Below, in pieces: positions 17,220 to 26,139 of a stretch of DNA of 64,000 nt. Made by a program: the position numbers and the translations under genes. This DNA comes from Cyanobacteria bacterium J06626_4. Lineage in GTDB: Bacteria; Cyanobacteriota; Cyanobacteriia; Phormidesmidales; Phormidesmidaceae. Numbering within the stretch: position 1 is the first letter of the stretch; every line of letters begins with the position of its first letter. The notes under the pieces are model-generated. The model was not told the origin of the DNA and ran no database searches. It saw only the letters and a program-made list of their open reading frames with translations. Location: assembly GCA_038523235.1 (NCBI GenBank), contig JBCBJQ010000016.1, positions 1 to 64,000 of the forward strand. The letters run 5' to 3'.

Positions 17220-18272
17220 ATGAGTAGCAAAAACGAAACGCCAGTTTTGATTGCCTCCCTCTTGATCACAGTGGGCCTACTGGGGGGCGGTTTTTGGTGG
17301 CTGACCCAGAGCGGGCGCTTGGGTACCGGCACTTTACCAGGTATCGGTAACCCATCGTCCCCATCGCTGCCGTCACCCACTCCCGCTGGGGGCGGCGATC
17401 GCTTTGCGTCTGTCCGAGCGGTGCCTAGTGGATTGTTCAACTATGGGGGCAGTACGACTTGGGCACCCATCCGCGGCCAGGTTGATCCGGTCATTCAGCA
17501 GACATCCCCGGCCTTTCAACTGCGGTATACCGACCCCATTGGCGTGCCGCCCGCCTCGGGAACGGGCATTGCCATGTTGTTAAATAATCAGCTGTCATTT
17601 GCCCAATCTTCGCGATCGCTGAAGCCCGAAGAGCGCACTCAAGCCGAGCAACAGGGCTATACGCTCAAGGAAATTCCCGTGGCGCTAGAAGGCCTGGCGA
17701 TCGCCGTCAATCTGGATCTACCAGTAGAAGGTCTCACCCTCGATCAGCTGCGGGAGATTTATCTCGGCAATGTTCGCAATTGGCGTGAAGTCGGCGGCCC
17801 CGATCTGGCGATCGTGCGCATTTCGCGCCCGGTATCGGGAGGGACTGTCGAGTTCTTTGTGAGCACGGTGCTGGGCGGAGCGGAACTGCCGAATGACGTC
17901 ACGATTGCCAATACTACGACCGAAGCCCTGCGCTTGGTCGACGCGACTCCCGGCGCGATTTACTACGCGTCAGCACCAGAAGTGGTGGGCCAATGCACCG
18001 TTAAACCCATCGCGATCGGGCAAAGCGCCAACCAGCTGGTTAAGCCCTATGTGGAGCCCTATGTGCCGCCGGAGAATTGTCCAGCGCAGCGCAATCAAAT
18101 TAACGGTGAAGCGCTGCGCAGTGGCGCATATCCCCTGACGCGTCGCCTATTTGTCATCGTGCGCGAAGACGGCACTTCTGATCAGCAGGCGGGGGAAGCC
18201 TACGCTAATTTTTTGCTGACCCAGGAAGGCCAAGGCTTACTCAATACAGCTGGATTTGTCGCGATTCGATAG
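17220..18272 (+). CDS. PstS-like periplasmic substrate-binding protein with N-terminal TM anchor
   Basis: N-terminal TM helix; GGSTT, SGTG, QSSR, LTLDQLREIYLG..NW.EVGGPD, GGT.EFF, YPLTRRLFV. Confidence 0.88.
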   Translation: MSSKNETPVLIASLLITVGLLGGGFWWLTQSGRLGTGTLPGIGNPSSPSLPSPTPAGGGDRFASVRAVPSGLFNYGGSTTWAPIRGQVDPVIQQTSPAFQLRYTDPIGVPPASGTGIAMLLNNQLSFAQSSRSLKPEERTQAEQQGYTLKEIPVALEGLAIAVNLDLPVEGLTLDQLREIYLGNVRNWREVGGPDLAIVRISRPVSGGTVEFFVSTVLGGAELPNDVTIANTTTEALRLVDATPGAIYYASAPEVVGQCTVKPIAIGQSANQLVKPYVEPYVPPENCPAQRNQINGEALRSGAYPLTRRLFVIVREDGTSDQQAGEAYANFLLTQEGQGLLNTAGFVAIR

Positions 18273-18305
18273 GGTGTTGACGTAGCGGCGATCGCCAAAA
18301 AACCT

Positions 18306-19226
18306 ATGCGATATCTCAATCTATTGCTATTCCTGTCCCTATTTTCAACGGCGTGCCACATGTTCTCAGCGCCGCCAGCGGGGCAAAGATGGCAGGCGAT
18401 CGGAAAGACTCTCCCAAAAATGCCATCATTTGGCCACCTGCTACAGCCCAAGTCTTATGCATCTAAAAGTTCGATCAGTTTGACAAATCTCAATGTCTCT
18501 CTATTCGAGACAGCGACAGCATTCACTGTGACCAGCCAAACTGAGATTCAGGATTCCCCCAACGGCAATTGTCGATTCACATCGACGTATCCGGTCATTC
18601 AAGGATTGCAAAACAGGGATGTTCAAGACCAGCTCAATCGCGCTATCAAACAAGAAATCACTACCCCCAATGCGCGGCGCTTTTCGAGTCTTGCAGAGGA
18701 GTCATTCTGCATTGAGGAGTCCTATGACAGCACCTGGCAGCGGCATATTGATGTGGGTGAGTGCTTAACCCAATTCGCGCAAGGGAGTGTGGTGAGTATT
18801 TTGTGCCCAGGACTAAGCGTTCACACTGTTTATCCAGTTGTGGTAAGCCAGGCAGTCACCTTTAATCTCAAGACAGGAGAAGTTTTTGAGCTGAGTGACC
18901 TATTTAAGCCTGACTTAGACTATCGCGAAGCACTTTTGCAAGAAGGGTGGAAGGATTTGAAGAGGGTCATGAATATTTCAGATAGCGTTAAAGAAAAATT
19001 CTTTGGGCTGGGAGTGGCTGATCTTGTTTTCTATCTGGATCCTAGCTGTGACTCTCACAAAACTGTCGCCAATCATCAAACGCTAATCTATCAGCCAACC
19101 TGTATTACTTTCCCTATTCTTTATCGCAGCGGCCCTGAGCGAGCGATGAGGTTTGAAGTGCTCTTTGACAAAGTTGAGCTGAGCGATCGCTTCAGAGCGG
19201 CACTACTCTCGGCACCCAATAAATAG
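18306..19226 (+). CDS. Putative lipoprotein with DUF4163/DUF3298 (RsiV/PdaC-like) features
   Basis: Signal peptide ending LSLFSTAC (lipobox-like); YPVI.GL....QDQLN; TFNLKTGE...LSDLFKP. Confidence 0.65.
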   Translation: MRYLNLLLFLSLFSTACHMFSAPPAGQRWQAIGKTLPKMPSFGHLLQPKSYASKSSISLTNLNVSLFETATAFTVTSQTEIQDSPNGNCRFTSTYPVIQGLQNRDVQDQLNRAIKQEITTPNARRFSSLAEESFCIEESYDSTWQRHIDVGECLTQFAQGSVVSILCPGLSVHTVYPVVVSQAVTFNLKTGEVFELSDLFKPDLDYREALLQEGWKDLKRVMNISDSVKEKFFGLGVADLVFYLDPSCDSHKTVANHQTLIYQPTCITFPILYRSGPERAMRFEVLFDKVELSDRFRAALLSAPNK

Positions 19227-19255
19227 AACGTATGAATACGACGCATGGGTGACTG

Positions 19256-20119
19256 ATGCCAGAATCCTTATCTGAATCCTTAAACCTCTTTTTCCCGCAG
19301 TGGCAGGGGGCCGCTCGACTGGAACTCTATGAAGGGGCCAAGCTGCTTTATCCACTGCTCAGCGATCGCCGTTCATTCACCAAAATTTCGACCCCCAAGA
19401 CATATTCGCTGGCGGCAGCGACCAACATTTTTGGCTACAGCCAAATTCATGCTCAACTGCTGGAGGTGGTTCGGGTTATCCAAGCGCTCCAACCCGAGCG
19501 CATCTTTACCCTGGGTGGCGACTGCGGGGTAGAGATTGCACCCGTATCTTGGCTCAATCAGCAACATGCTGGAGCGCTTACAGTGATTTGGCTTGACGCT
19601 CACGGCGATCTCAACACTCCAGCTTCGTCCCCCAGTGGTCATTTTCACGGCATGCCGCTGCGCCTCTTACTGGGGGAAGGCAACGCTGATTTGGCCCAGC
19701 TCGCTTTTTCCACTCTGCGGCCAGAGCAAGTATTTCTAGTAGGGGCGAGAGAATTTGATCTCCCCGAAAGTCGCTTTATTCAACAACAGCAAATATCAAG
19801 CCTCTCCGCCGTAGCAGTGAACGACAGGCAGTCTGATGAGTTATTGTCAACGCTGCAGCGGCGAGGGGCTGACAAGCTCTACATTCACCTTGATCTCGAT
19901 GTAATTGAGCCCCATGAGTTTTCCCATGTGGCTTGCCCGACTCCTGGCGGCATTCAGATCAATGCGCTCGCAGAGTTGGTGGCGCAGTTACACCGCAACT
20001 TTGATGTCGTAGGCTGTAGCCTGCTAGAGTTCTTGCCCAGTGGGTCTCACGCTTTAGCAGCCTCAGAGGTTTTAAAGCTCCTAAACCAGATCAATCTGCC
20101 CTTGCTGACAGGACTGTGA
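19256..20119 (+). CDS. Arginase/ureohydrolase family protein (GGDC variant)
   Basis: LGGDC, WLDAHGDLNTP, SG.FHGMP, HLDLDV..P. Confidence 0.9.
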   Translation: MPESLSESLNLFFPQWQGAARLELYEGAKLLYPLLSDRRSFTKISTPKTYSLAAATNIFGYSQIHAQLLEVVRVIQALQPERIFTLGGDCGVEIAPVSWLNQQHAGALTVIWLDAHGDLNTPASSPSGHFHGMPLRLLLGEGNADLAQLAFSTLRPEQVFLVGAREFDLPESRFIQQQQISSLSAVAVNDRQSDELLSTLQRRGADKLYIHLDLDVIEPHEFSHVACPTPGGIQINALAELVAQLHRNFDVVGCSLLEFLPSGSHALAASEVLKLLNQINLPLLTGL

Positions 20120-20261
20120 TTGTCGAGAACAGCTATCCTGATGCTTGCAGTCTGAGCCATGGCAGTAGCCTGCCTTTTGGAAGCCATTCGGCTTTTGGAC
20201 TGTAACGGGTGTGTCATCAGCATGGAGTTTGGCATAATGCGGTCACTGATTCGGCCCGCCT

Positions 20262-21524
20262 ATGACCCCGACTGAGATTTTGCGATCGCTGTTTGATGCC
20301 GCTGTTGCTGCCGCTCAGCCCGATCGCCGCATTCCCCAGTTCCTCCCTCAACCCCCAAAGGGCAAAACCGTCGTGGTGGGCGCAGGCAAGTCGGCAGCAG
20401 CGATGGCGCGAGCGGTAGAACAGACTTGGCCTGAAGCATTAGCGGGCGTCGTGGTCACGCGCTATGGCCACAGCGCTGAAACCCAAACGATTGAAGTGCT
20501 CGAAGCGGCCCACCCTGTCCCTGATGCGAACGGCATGGCGGCGGCAGAACGCATTCTTGAAACAGTGATCCCGCTCGGAGAAGACGACCTGGTGATTTGC
20601 CTGATTTCGGGAGGCGGGTCGGCGCTGCTGACCTTACCGCCGGTGGGTATCTCGCTAGACGTGCTGGCCGATTTGAATCGACAACTGCTGCGATCCGGGG
20701 CCGACATTGGCGAAATGAATACCGTTCGCAAAAATCTCTCCCGGTCTAGTGGCGGTCGGCTGGCGGCGGCGGCCTTTCCAGCGCGGGTAGTATCGCTGCT
20801 CATCTCTGACGTACCAGGGGATGACTTGCGGGCGATCGCCTCGGGCCCCACCGTGGGCGATCCGGTCACGGCTCAGACCGCGCTCCAGATCTTGCAAAAA
20901 TATCGCCTGCAGTTGCCACCCGAGGTATTGACCTACCTGGAGTGCGATCCGAATCCAGTGGTGCTCCCCACCGATCCGCGTTTGAGTACGACCGTCAATC
21001 ATCTCATTGCCGCTCCGCAGCAGTCGCTTGAAGCCGCCGCTAAAGCCGCTCAAGACTTCGGCTATCCGACGCTGATTTTGGGCAGCGCTTTAGAAGGTGA
21101 AGCGCGACAGGTGGGTATTGTGCACGCGGGCATTGCCCGTCAGACGGTGCAATATGGCCAACCGCTCGCGCCCCCCTGCATCCTCCTGTCTGGTGGGGAA
21201 ACGACGGTAACGGTGACAGGCCAGGCGGGGAAGGGAGGCCGCAACAGTGAGTTTTTGCTATCGCTCGCGGTGGCGCTCAAAGGTGCTGAAAAGGTCTGGG
21301 CGATCGCCTGTGACACCGACGGCATCGATGGTAGTGAAAACAATGCTGGGGCAATCATCGGGCCAGCGAGCTTGCAGCAGGGGCGCGATCGCGGGCTCAA
21401 CGCGGCGGAACTGCTGGCGGCCCATGATAGCTATACCTACTTTCAAGCGATCGACGCCCTGGTTGAGACCGGACCAACCCTGACCAACGTCAACGACTTT
21501 CGGGCGATTCTGATTGATGGCTGA
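20262..21524 (+). CDS. Glycerate kinase type II (MOFRL/TtuD family)
   Basis: GAGKSA, AAHPVPD, LISGGGSAL, SDVPGD..IASGP, GGETTV, GGRN.E, DTDGIDG, TGPTLTNVNDFRA. Confidence 0.93.
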   Translation: MTPTEILRSLFDAAVAAAQPDRRIPQFLPQPPKGKTVVVGAGKSAAAMARAVEQTWPEALAGVVVTRYGHSAETQTIEVLEAAHPVPDANGMAAAERILETVIPLGEDDLVICLISGGGSALLTLPPVGISLDVLADLNRQLLRSGADIGEMNTVRKNLSRSSGGRLAAAAFPARVVSLLISDVPGDDLRAIASGPTVGDPVTAQTALQILQKYRLQLPPEVLTYLECDPNPVVLPTDPRLSTTVNHLIAAPQQSLEAAAKAAQDFGYPTLILGSALEGEARQVGIVHAGIARQTVQYGQPLAPPCILLSGGETTVTVTGQAGKGGRNSEFLLSLAVALKGAEKVWAIACDTDGIDGSENNAGAIIGPASLQQGRDRGLNAAELLAAHDSYTYFQAIDALVETGPTLTNVNDFRAILIDG

Positions 21525-22377
21525 GGGCAGGCAGACCGACCCTGACGCCCCCTGGCTAGCTCTGGTCGTGGGCAATACGCGGCTTCACTGGGCTGGATTT
21601 AGGGCGGGCCAGATGCAGGCAGTTTGCCATACGCCCCCGCTCACCGCCGCACAGGTCAACCTGCTCACGCAGCAGGGCGATGTTGCTCAGGTTTGGCTCA
21701 CGCTGTTTACCCAATTTGCCGACAGTGATCCGTTTCAACCCTTTTTGGCATCTTTTGAAGCGTCAGCCCCGCCGCCAATCGAACTCTATTGCGCATCGGT
21801 AGTGCCGCAGCAAACGGCGATCTGGCAGGCTTACCCAAATTTCCACGAGGTTCACCTAGCCGAATTATCTCTAAAAAATCAATATCCGACCTTGGGCATC
21901 GATCGCGCCCTAAATCTGCTAGGGGCAGGTGATCGCTATGGCTGGCCCGTGTTAGTGATTGATGCCGGTACCGCCCTGACCTTTACCGCTGGGACGTCGA
22001 GTGGCCCGCTACCCCGACTGCTGGGGGGCGCAATTTTACCGGGGTTGGCCCTGCAGTTCCAAGCACTCAGCCAGGCCACAGCGGCCCTCCCCCAACTGCC
22101 ACTGCCGTCTGAGTTGCCACCTCGTTGGTCTACCGATACGGTGAGCGCCATTCAAGGTGGTGTCGTGTTGGGTGCGCTCGCCACCATTCGCGATTTTATC
22201 GCGCAGTGGCACCGCCAAGAGCCCAGCGGTCAGGTGGTTCTGACTGGCGGTGATGGCCCCGATTTATTCACCTGGTTGACCGCCGAGAAGACCGTGTCGA
22301 GACTCTCCCAAGATGCCAACCTGATGTTTTGGGGCCTGCACGCTTATCGCCAACAGCAGCAGGCTAAACGCCACTAA
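21517..22377 (+). CDS. coaX: Type III pantothenate kinase
   Basis: GNTRLHW, LGIDRAL, IDAGTALT, GGAILPG, LTGGDG; start overlaps the upstream stop by 8 nt. Confidence 0.9.
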   Translation: MAEGRQTDPDAPWLALVVGNTRLHWAGFRAGQMQAVCHTPPLTAAQVNLLTQQGDVAQVWLTLFTQFADSDPFQPFLASFEASAPPPIELYCASVVPQQTAIWQAYPNFHEVHLAELSLKNQYPTLGIDRALNLLGAGDRYGWPVLVIDAGTALTFTAGTSSGPLPRLLGGAILPGLALQFQALSQATAALPQLPLPSELPPRWSTDTVSAIQGGVVLGALATIRDFIAQWHRQEPSGQVVLTGGDGPDLFTWLTAEKTVSRLSQDANLMFWGLHAYRQQQQAKRH

Positions 22378-23218
22378 CCCGAGACCGATAAATCTCAGGA
22401 TTGTTGCCATCGGTAGCGCCCGGCTGACGCGACTCTTGATACATCGTTTGGAGATTATTCACCCGGTTGTTAGGGTCAGGGTGGGTGCTAAAGAACTCAG
22501 GTGGCGAGCCGCCCTCTGCGAGTTTGCTCATGAAGGTAATTAAGCCTTGTTGATCGTACCCAGCTAATCCCATATTTTCAAAGCCGAGTTCATCCGCATG
22601 ATACTCAGCCCCACGACTGTTGGGCAAAAAAAGTGCCAGCTGTACGCCGATGTTTACCAAGTCATCTTGGGAGACGCCTAGCGCGCCCACAATGCCATTA
22701 GTCAAGGCGATTTCGCGCATCCGATTGACGGCGTGACGCCCGGCGATGTGGCCAATTTCGTGGGCAATGACGCCCGCCAGTTCCGCTTCGGTGTCGGCTT
22801 CGCGAATCAGCCCTGTATGAATGTAAACAAAACCGCCAGAGGTGGCAAAGGCATTAACGCTGTCGTCAGCCACGACTTGGAAGGTGTAGGGAATATTGCT
22901 GCGGGCACTGGTGGCGGCGAGCCGCTGACCAATTTCATCCACATAATTGACCACGGCGGGATTGCTGTTGTAAATGCGCACGCCTTGGCGCTGTAGGGCT
23001 TGGTCGGTTTGTCGGCCCAGATCCACTTCTTGCTCGTCGTTCAAGTTCGACAGCTGAATATATTGAATTCCGTTAAAAATCAGATCAAAAATGTTGATGT
23101 CCGCTTTACTGGGCTGGGGGGTGGCGACAACCAAACCGCTGGCCACCACCAGGGCGATCGCCCCGTACATCCATCGCTTACCCAAATTCCTTAATTGTTG
23201 TGTCCAAACTCTGATCAC
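22364..23218 (-). CDS. M48 family metallopeptidase, secreted
   Basis: VNAFATSGG, ELAGVIAHEIGH (HExxH), E..AD, FSTHP; N-terminal signal peptide. Confidence 0.92.
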   Translation of the reverse strand: MIRVWTQQLRNLGKRWMYGAIALVVASGLVVATPQPSKADINIFDLIFNGIQYIQLSNLNDEQEVDLGRQTDQALQRQGVRIYNSNPAVVNYVDEIGQRLAATSARSNIPYTFQVVADDSVNAFATSGGFVYIHTGLIREADTEAELAGVIAHEIGHIAGRHAVNRMREIALTNGIVGALGVSQDDLVNIGVQLALFLPNSRGAEYHADELGFENMGLAGYDQQGLITFMSKLAEGGSPPEFFSTHPDPNNRVNNLQTMYQESRQPGATDGNNPEIYRSRVSGV

Positions 23219-23412
23219 TGTGGTCTCCTGCCCCTTCGCTAGGCATTACTGGCGTGCGCTTAGAGTGCCTAATTTGGTTACTCAATCTCTCATGACGTCG
23301 AGAGGCGCTTTCAAGTTGCCGTTCTGGATGCTTAAATACTAGCGATTAATGATTTCCTCCCGAGGCATTGCTAAGGCAGGCCGCTGGCAAACCGAGTAAG
23401 AGAAGATTAGGT

Positions 23413-23952
23413 ATGGCAATCTTAGATGCAAAAGGTCGACTGTTTGGCAAGATCAGCCTGTTAGATATTGGTGCCGGTTTGGTCATCCTCATGGTGCTGG
23501 CCGGCATTTTCTTGTTCCCTGGCACAGGGGGCACGGTAGCCCAGATCGAAGACACGGTGCCGGTGGAAGTTGACCTGATCGTGCGGGGATTGACCGTTTC
23601 TGACCCCGAGGGTCTATATCAAACCCTCAAGGAATCTGAAACCACTAACATCATTATTCGTAACCAACCGGCAGGCACGGCTCAAATCAAAGAGGTGGTT
23701 AAGTTACCTCGCAGTCAGGCCGTGGCCCAACCCGATGGCACGGTGAAATCTTTTCCTGACCCCCGGCCAGAGCTGAACTACACCATCGACATGCTGATTA
23801 CGCTACTCGATGAAAACGCTCGAGTTTCGGAAAACAGCCCGGTCGTGGGCAACAGCCCGGTCAAAATCGGCACCCAAGTGCAAATCGAAGGGGATCTCTA
23901 CAGCTTCTATACCAGCACAGTCGGCGTGCGCGTCTTAGACGACGAAGGTTAG
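23413..23952 (+). CDS. DUF4330 family protein
   Basis: MAILDAKGRLFGKISLLD followed by a TM helix; IIIRNQP; QPDG...PDPRP. Confidence 0.85.
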   Translation: MAILDAKGRLFGKISLLDIGAGLVILMVLAGIFLFPGTGGTVAQIEDTVPVEVDLIVRGLTVSDPEGLYQTLKESETTNIIIRNQPAGTAQIKEVVKLPRSQAVAQPDGTVKSFPDPRPELNYTIDMLITLLDENARVSENSPVVGNSPVKIGTQVQIEGDLYSFYTSTVGVRVLDDEG

Positions 23953-23982
23953 GCTAAAGCCGTCGAATCATTCTGCTAAGAC

Positions 23983-24321
23983 ATGGGCTTAGGATCTAAC
24001 GCCACCTCGCGATCGCGCCGATGGCCTCAATGGACGTGGCTATTTTTGTTGTCTATGGTGTTGCCGCCCTTGCTCATGAGCACGGCGTGGATCTTGCCAG
24101 GGGCGCTGCAGGTGATTCAGACCGGCACCTGTCCACCGGCCCCACCGGACATTCCCCCGCATCCTTGCTCGCTGGGCACTTACCTAATACGCATGACCGT
24201 GGGCCTGTGGGCTTTGATGGGCCATCTGGCCACTTGGCTGTCATGGTTTGTCGCTAATTTGGTGCTGTGGGGGGTGGGATTGTTTAGTGTGGCACTGTAT
24301 CGCAATTGGCGATCGGATTGA
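23983..24321 (+). CDS. Hypothetical membrane protein with a Cys-Pro loop
   Basis: Hydrophobic segments flanking CPPAPPDIPPHPC. Confidence 0.65.
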   Translation: MGLGSNATSRSRRWPQWTWLFLLSMVLPPLLMSTAWILPGALQVIQTGTCPPAPPDIPPHPCSLGTYLIRMTVGLWALMGHLATWLSWFVANLVLWGVGLFSVALYRNWRSD

Positions 24322-24327
24322 GGCTTA

Positions 24328-24362
24328 AGAGGGTTGAGGGTTGAGAGTGGAGGGCAGGGGGT
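24328..24362 (+). repeat. Degenerate heptamer tandem repeat (STRR-like)
   Basis: AGAGGGT TGAGGGT TGAGAGT GGAGGGC AGGGGGT. Confidence 0.5.
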
Positions 24363-24729
24363 TAGAGCTGACTGCGGTGGCTGCTGGAGTGGTTGGATGG
24401 GGTGTTGTCCGCGATCGCGACGGCATGCAACCGGTCTCAACGTCTGAGCAAAGTTGTCACCTTTGCTCAGGTAGCAACCAGAACTAACAGCCGGTTAGGT
24501 CGTCCAGAATTCCAGACAAATTGCCTGACTGAGAATCACCAGCTCACTCCCAACGCCACCGTTTCTTCGCCGATTCACCGCTCTCTTAACTTCCCAGCCC
24601 TCTGGCACCATCGCCCCTGGCGTCCCTAAAATCGGCAACCATCAAGAAGTTCTACAAACCTTGGCCCGGTTTAACGCGAAGGGCTCTAGCGTATTAGCCT
24701 ATAGATTGGCCTTTTATCTTGCTGTGCCC

Positions 24730-25779
24730 ATGAATTCACCGCTGTCTACCGCCGAATGGAACTCACTGGCTGATCAGTCGCTCGCTGGAGACGTGATTAG
24801 TCGTGAAGCGGCCCATCGGATATTGGCTGCTCCGGATACCGAACTGCTGGCACAGCTACAAGCGGCTTATCGAGTGCGACACCATTATTGGGAAAATCGG
24901 GTGCGGCTGCATTTTTTGCTGAACGCGCAGAGTGGCCTTTGTCCCGAAGATTGTCACTACTGCTCGCAGTCCAAAATTTCCACCGCTGATATCGACAAAT
25001 ATCCCCTCATGACCCAAGAGCGGGTACTGGCGGCAGCAGAGCGAGCGCACACCCTCAAGGCGGGGACCTTTTGCATGGTGATTTCGGGGCGAGCGCCCGC
25101 CGAACCGACCTTCAACCGCGTGTTGGACTTAGTGCGATCGGTCAAAGCGCAGTATCCCATGAAAATCTGTGCCTGCCTGGGTCTGCTGGATGAGCCGCAG
25201 GCGGAACGTTTAGCGGCAGCCGGGGTCGATCGCGTCAATCACAACCTCAACACGGCAAAAAACAACCACAAAAATATCTGTACCACCCACACCTTTGAAG
25301 ACCGCGTCGATACTGTAAAGGCGGTAAAATCGGCGGGGCTGACCACCTGTTCTGGCGGCATTCTCGGCCTGGGCGAATCTGCTGATGATGTGATTGACCT
25401 GGCACTGTCGCTGCGACAGCTAGAGGTGACTAGCGTGCCGATCAACTTTTTGATTCCGATTCCAGGCACGCCATTTGAAACGCGTTCTGAGCTGCATCCC
25501 CGCCAGTGTCTGCGCATGCTTTGTCTCTTTCGCCTGCTATTGCCCAGCCAAGAGATTCGCATCGCGGGCGGACGAGAAGTGCAGCTGCGATCGCTGCAGC
25601 CCTTGGGACTGTATGCAGCGAATTCCATCTTTGTGGGCGATTACCTCACCACACCAGGGCAAACTGCAACTGCTGATTTTGAAATGATTCGCGATGCCGG
25701 ATTTGTGCTCGAAGCGCCTGATGGGTCGGTATTAGAAGGCGATCCGGTGGCTGAGTTGCAAGCTCTAACGATCGCTTAA
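24730..25779 (+). CDS. bioB: Biotin synthase
   Basis: Radical SAM motif [53 protein letters not shown]. Confidence 0.97.
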   Translation: MNSPLSTAEWNSLADQSLAGDVISREAAHRILAAPDTELLAQLQAAYRVRHHYWENRVRLHFLLNAQSGLCPEDCHYCSQSKISTADIDKYPLMTQERVLAAAERAHTLKAGTFCMVISGRAPAEPTFNRVLDLVRSVKAQYPMKICACLGLLDEPQAERLAAAGVDRVNHNLNTAKNNHKNICTTHTFEDRVDTVKAVKSAGLTTCSGGILGLGESADDVIDLALSLRQLEVTSVPINFLIPIPGTPFETRSELHPRQCLRMLCLFRLLLPSQEIRIAGGREVQLRSLQPLGLYAANSIFVGDYLTTPGQTATADFEMIRDAGFVLEAPDGSVLEGDPVAELQALTIA

Positions 25780-26100
25780 GGAGATTTCCACCCAAAATAA
25801 TCCCTGCTGGGGCAAGTTTTGTGGATGCTCGATCGCAACAAAATCAGTGAGATCGAGGTCTTTAGCCAAACTCGCCCTGATCGTAACGGGACGTTCTTGC
25901 TGGGAAATCTTCTGAATTCCACCCGATGCCAAGACTCGGGCAGACCGGCAGAACTAACGCTTCTGATAGTTTTGCGCCCCCTTGCCCCCGGCCCCAAGCA
26001 ATCGACACGTTCGGTGACTTTGTGAGCTAGCCGAATCGACTCACGCCATCGGCTGCTATGCTGACGGTCTTTCATCTGCTAGCCGTATCTACCCGTTTTT

Positions 26101-26135
26101 CCCTCTCCTCTCCACCCTCTACCTTCCCCCCTCTC
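26101..26135 (-). repeat. Degenerate heptamer tandem repeat, C/T-rich on the plus strand
   Basis: CCCTCTC CTCTCCA CCCTCTA CCTTCCC CCCTCTC directly upstream of rlmD. Confidence 0.4.
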
Positions 26136-26139
26136 TACC

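Noticed and set aside
24656..24672. AAACC-N7-GGTTT upstream of bioB as a BirA operator
   Set aside because: Spacer is about half the canonical length and the flanks do not match.
25780..26100. Short ORFs after bioB as a bioY remnant
   Set aside because: No hydrophobic BioY-like translation among the listed ORFs.
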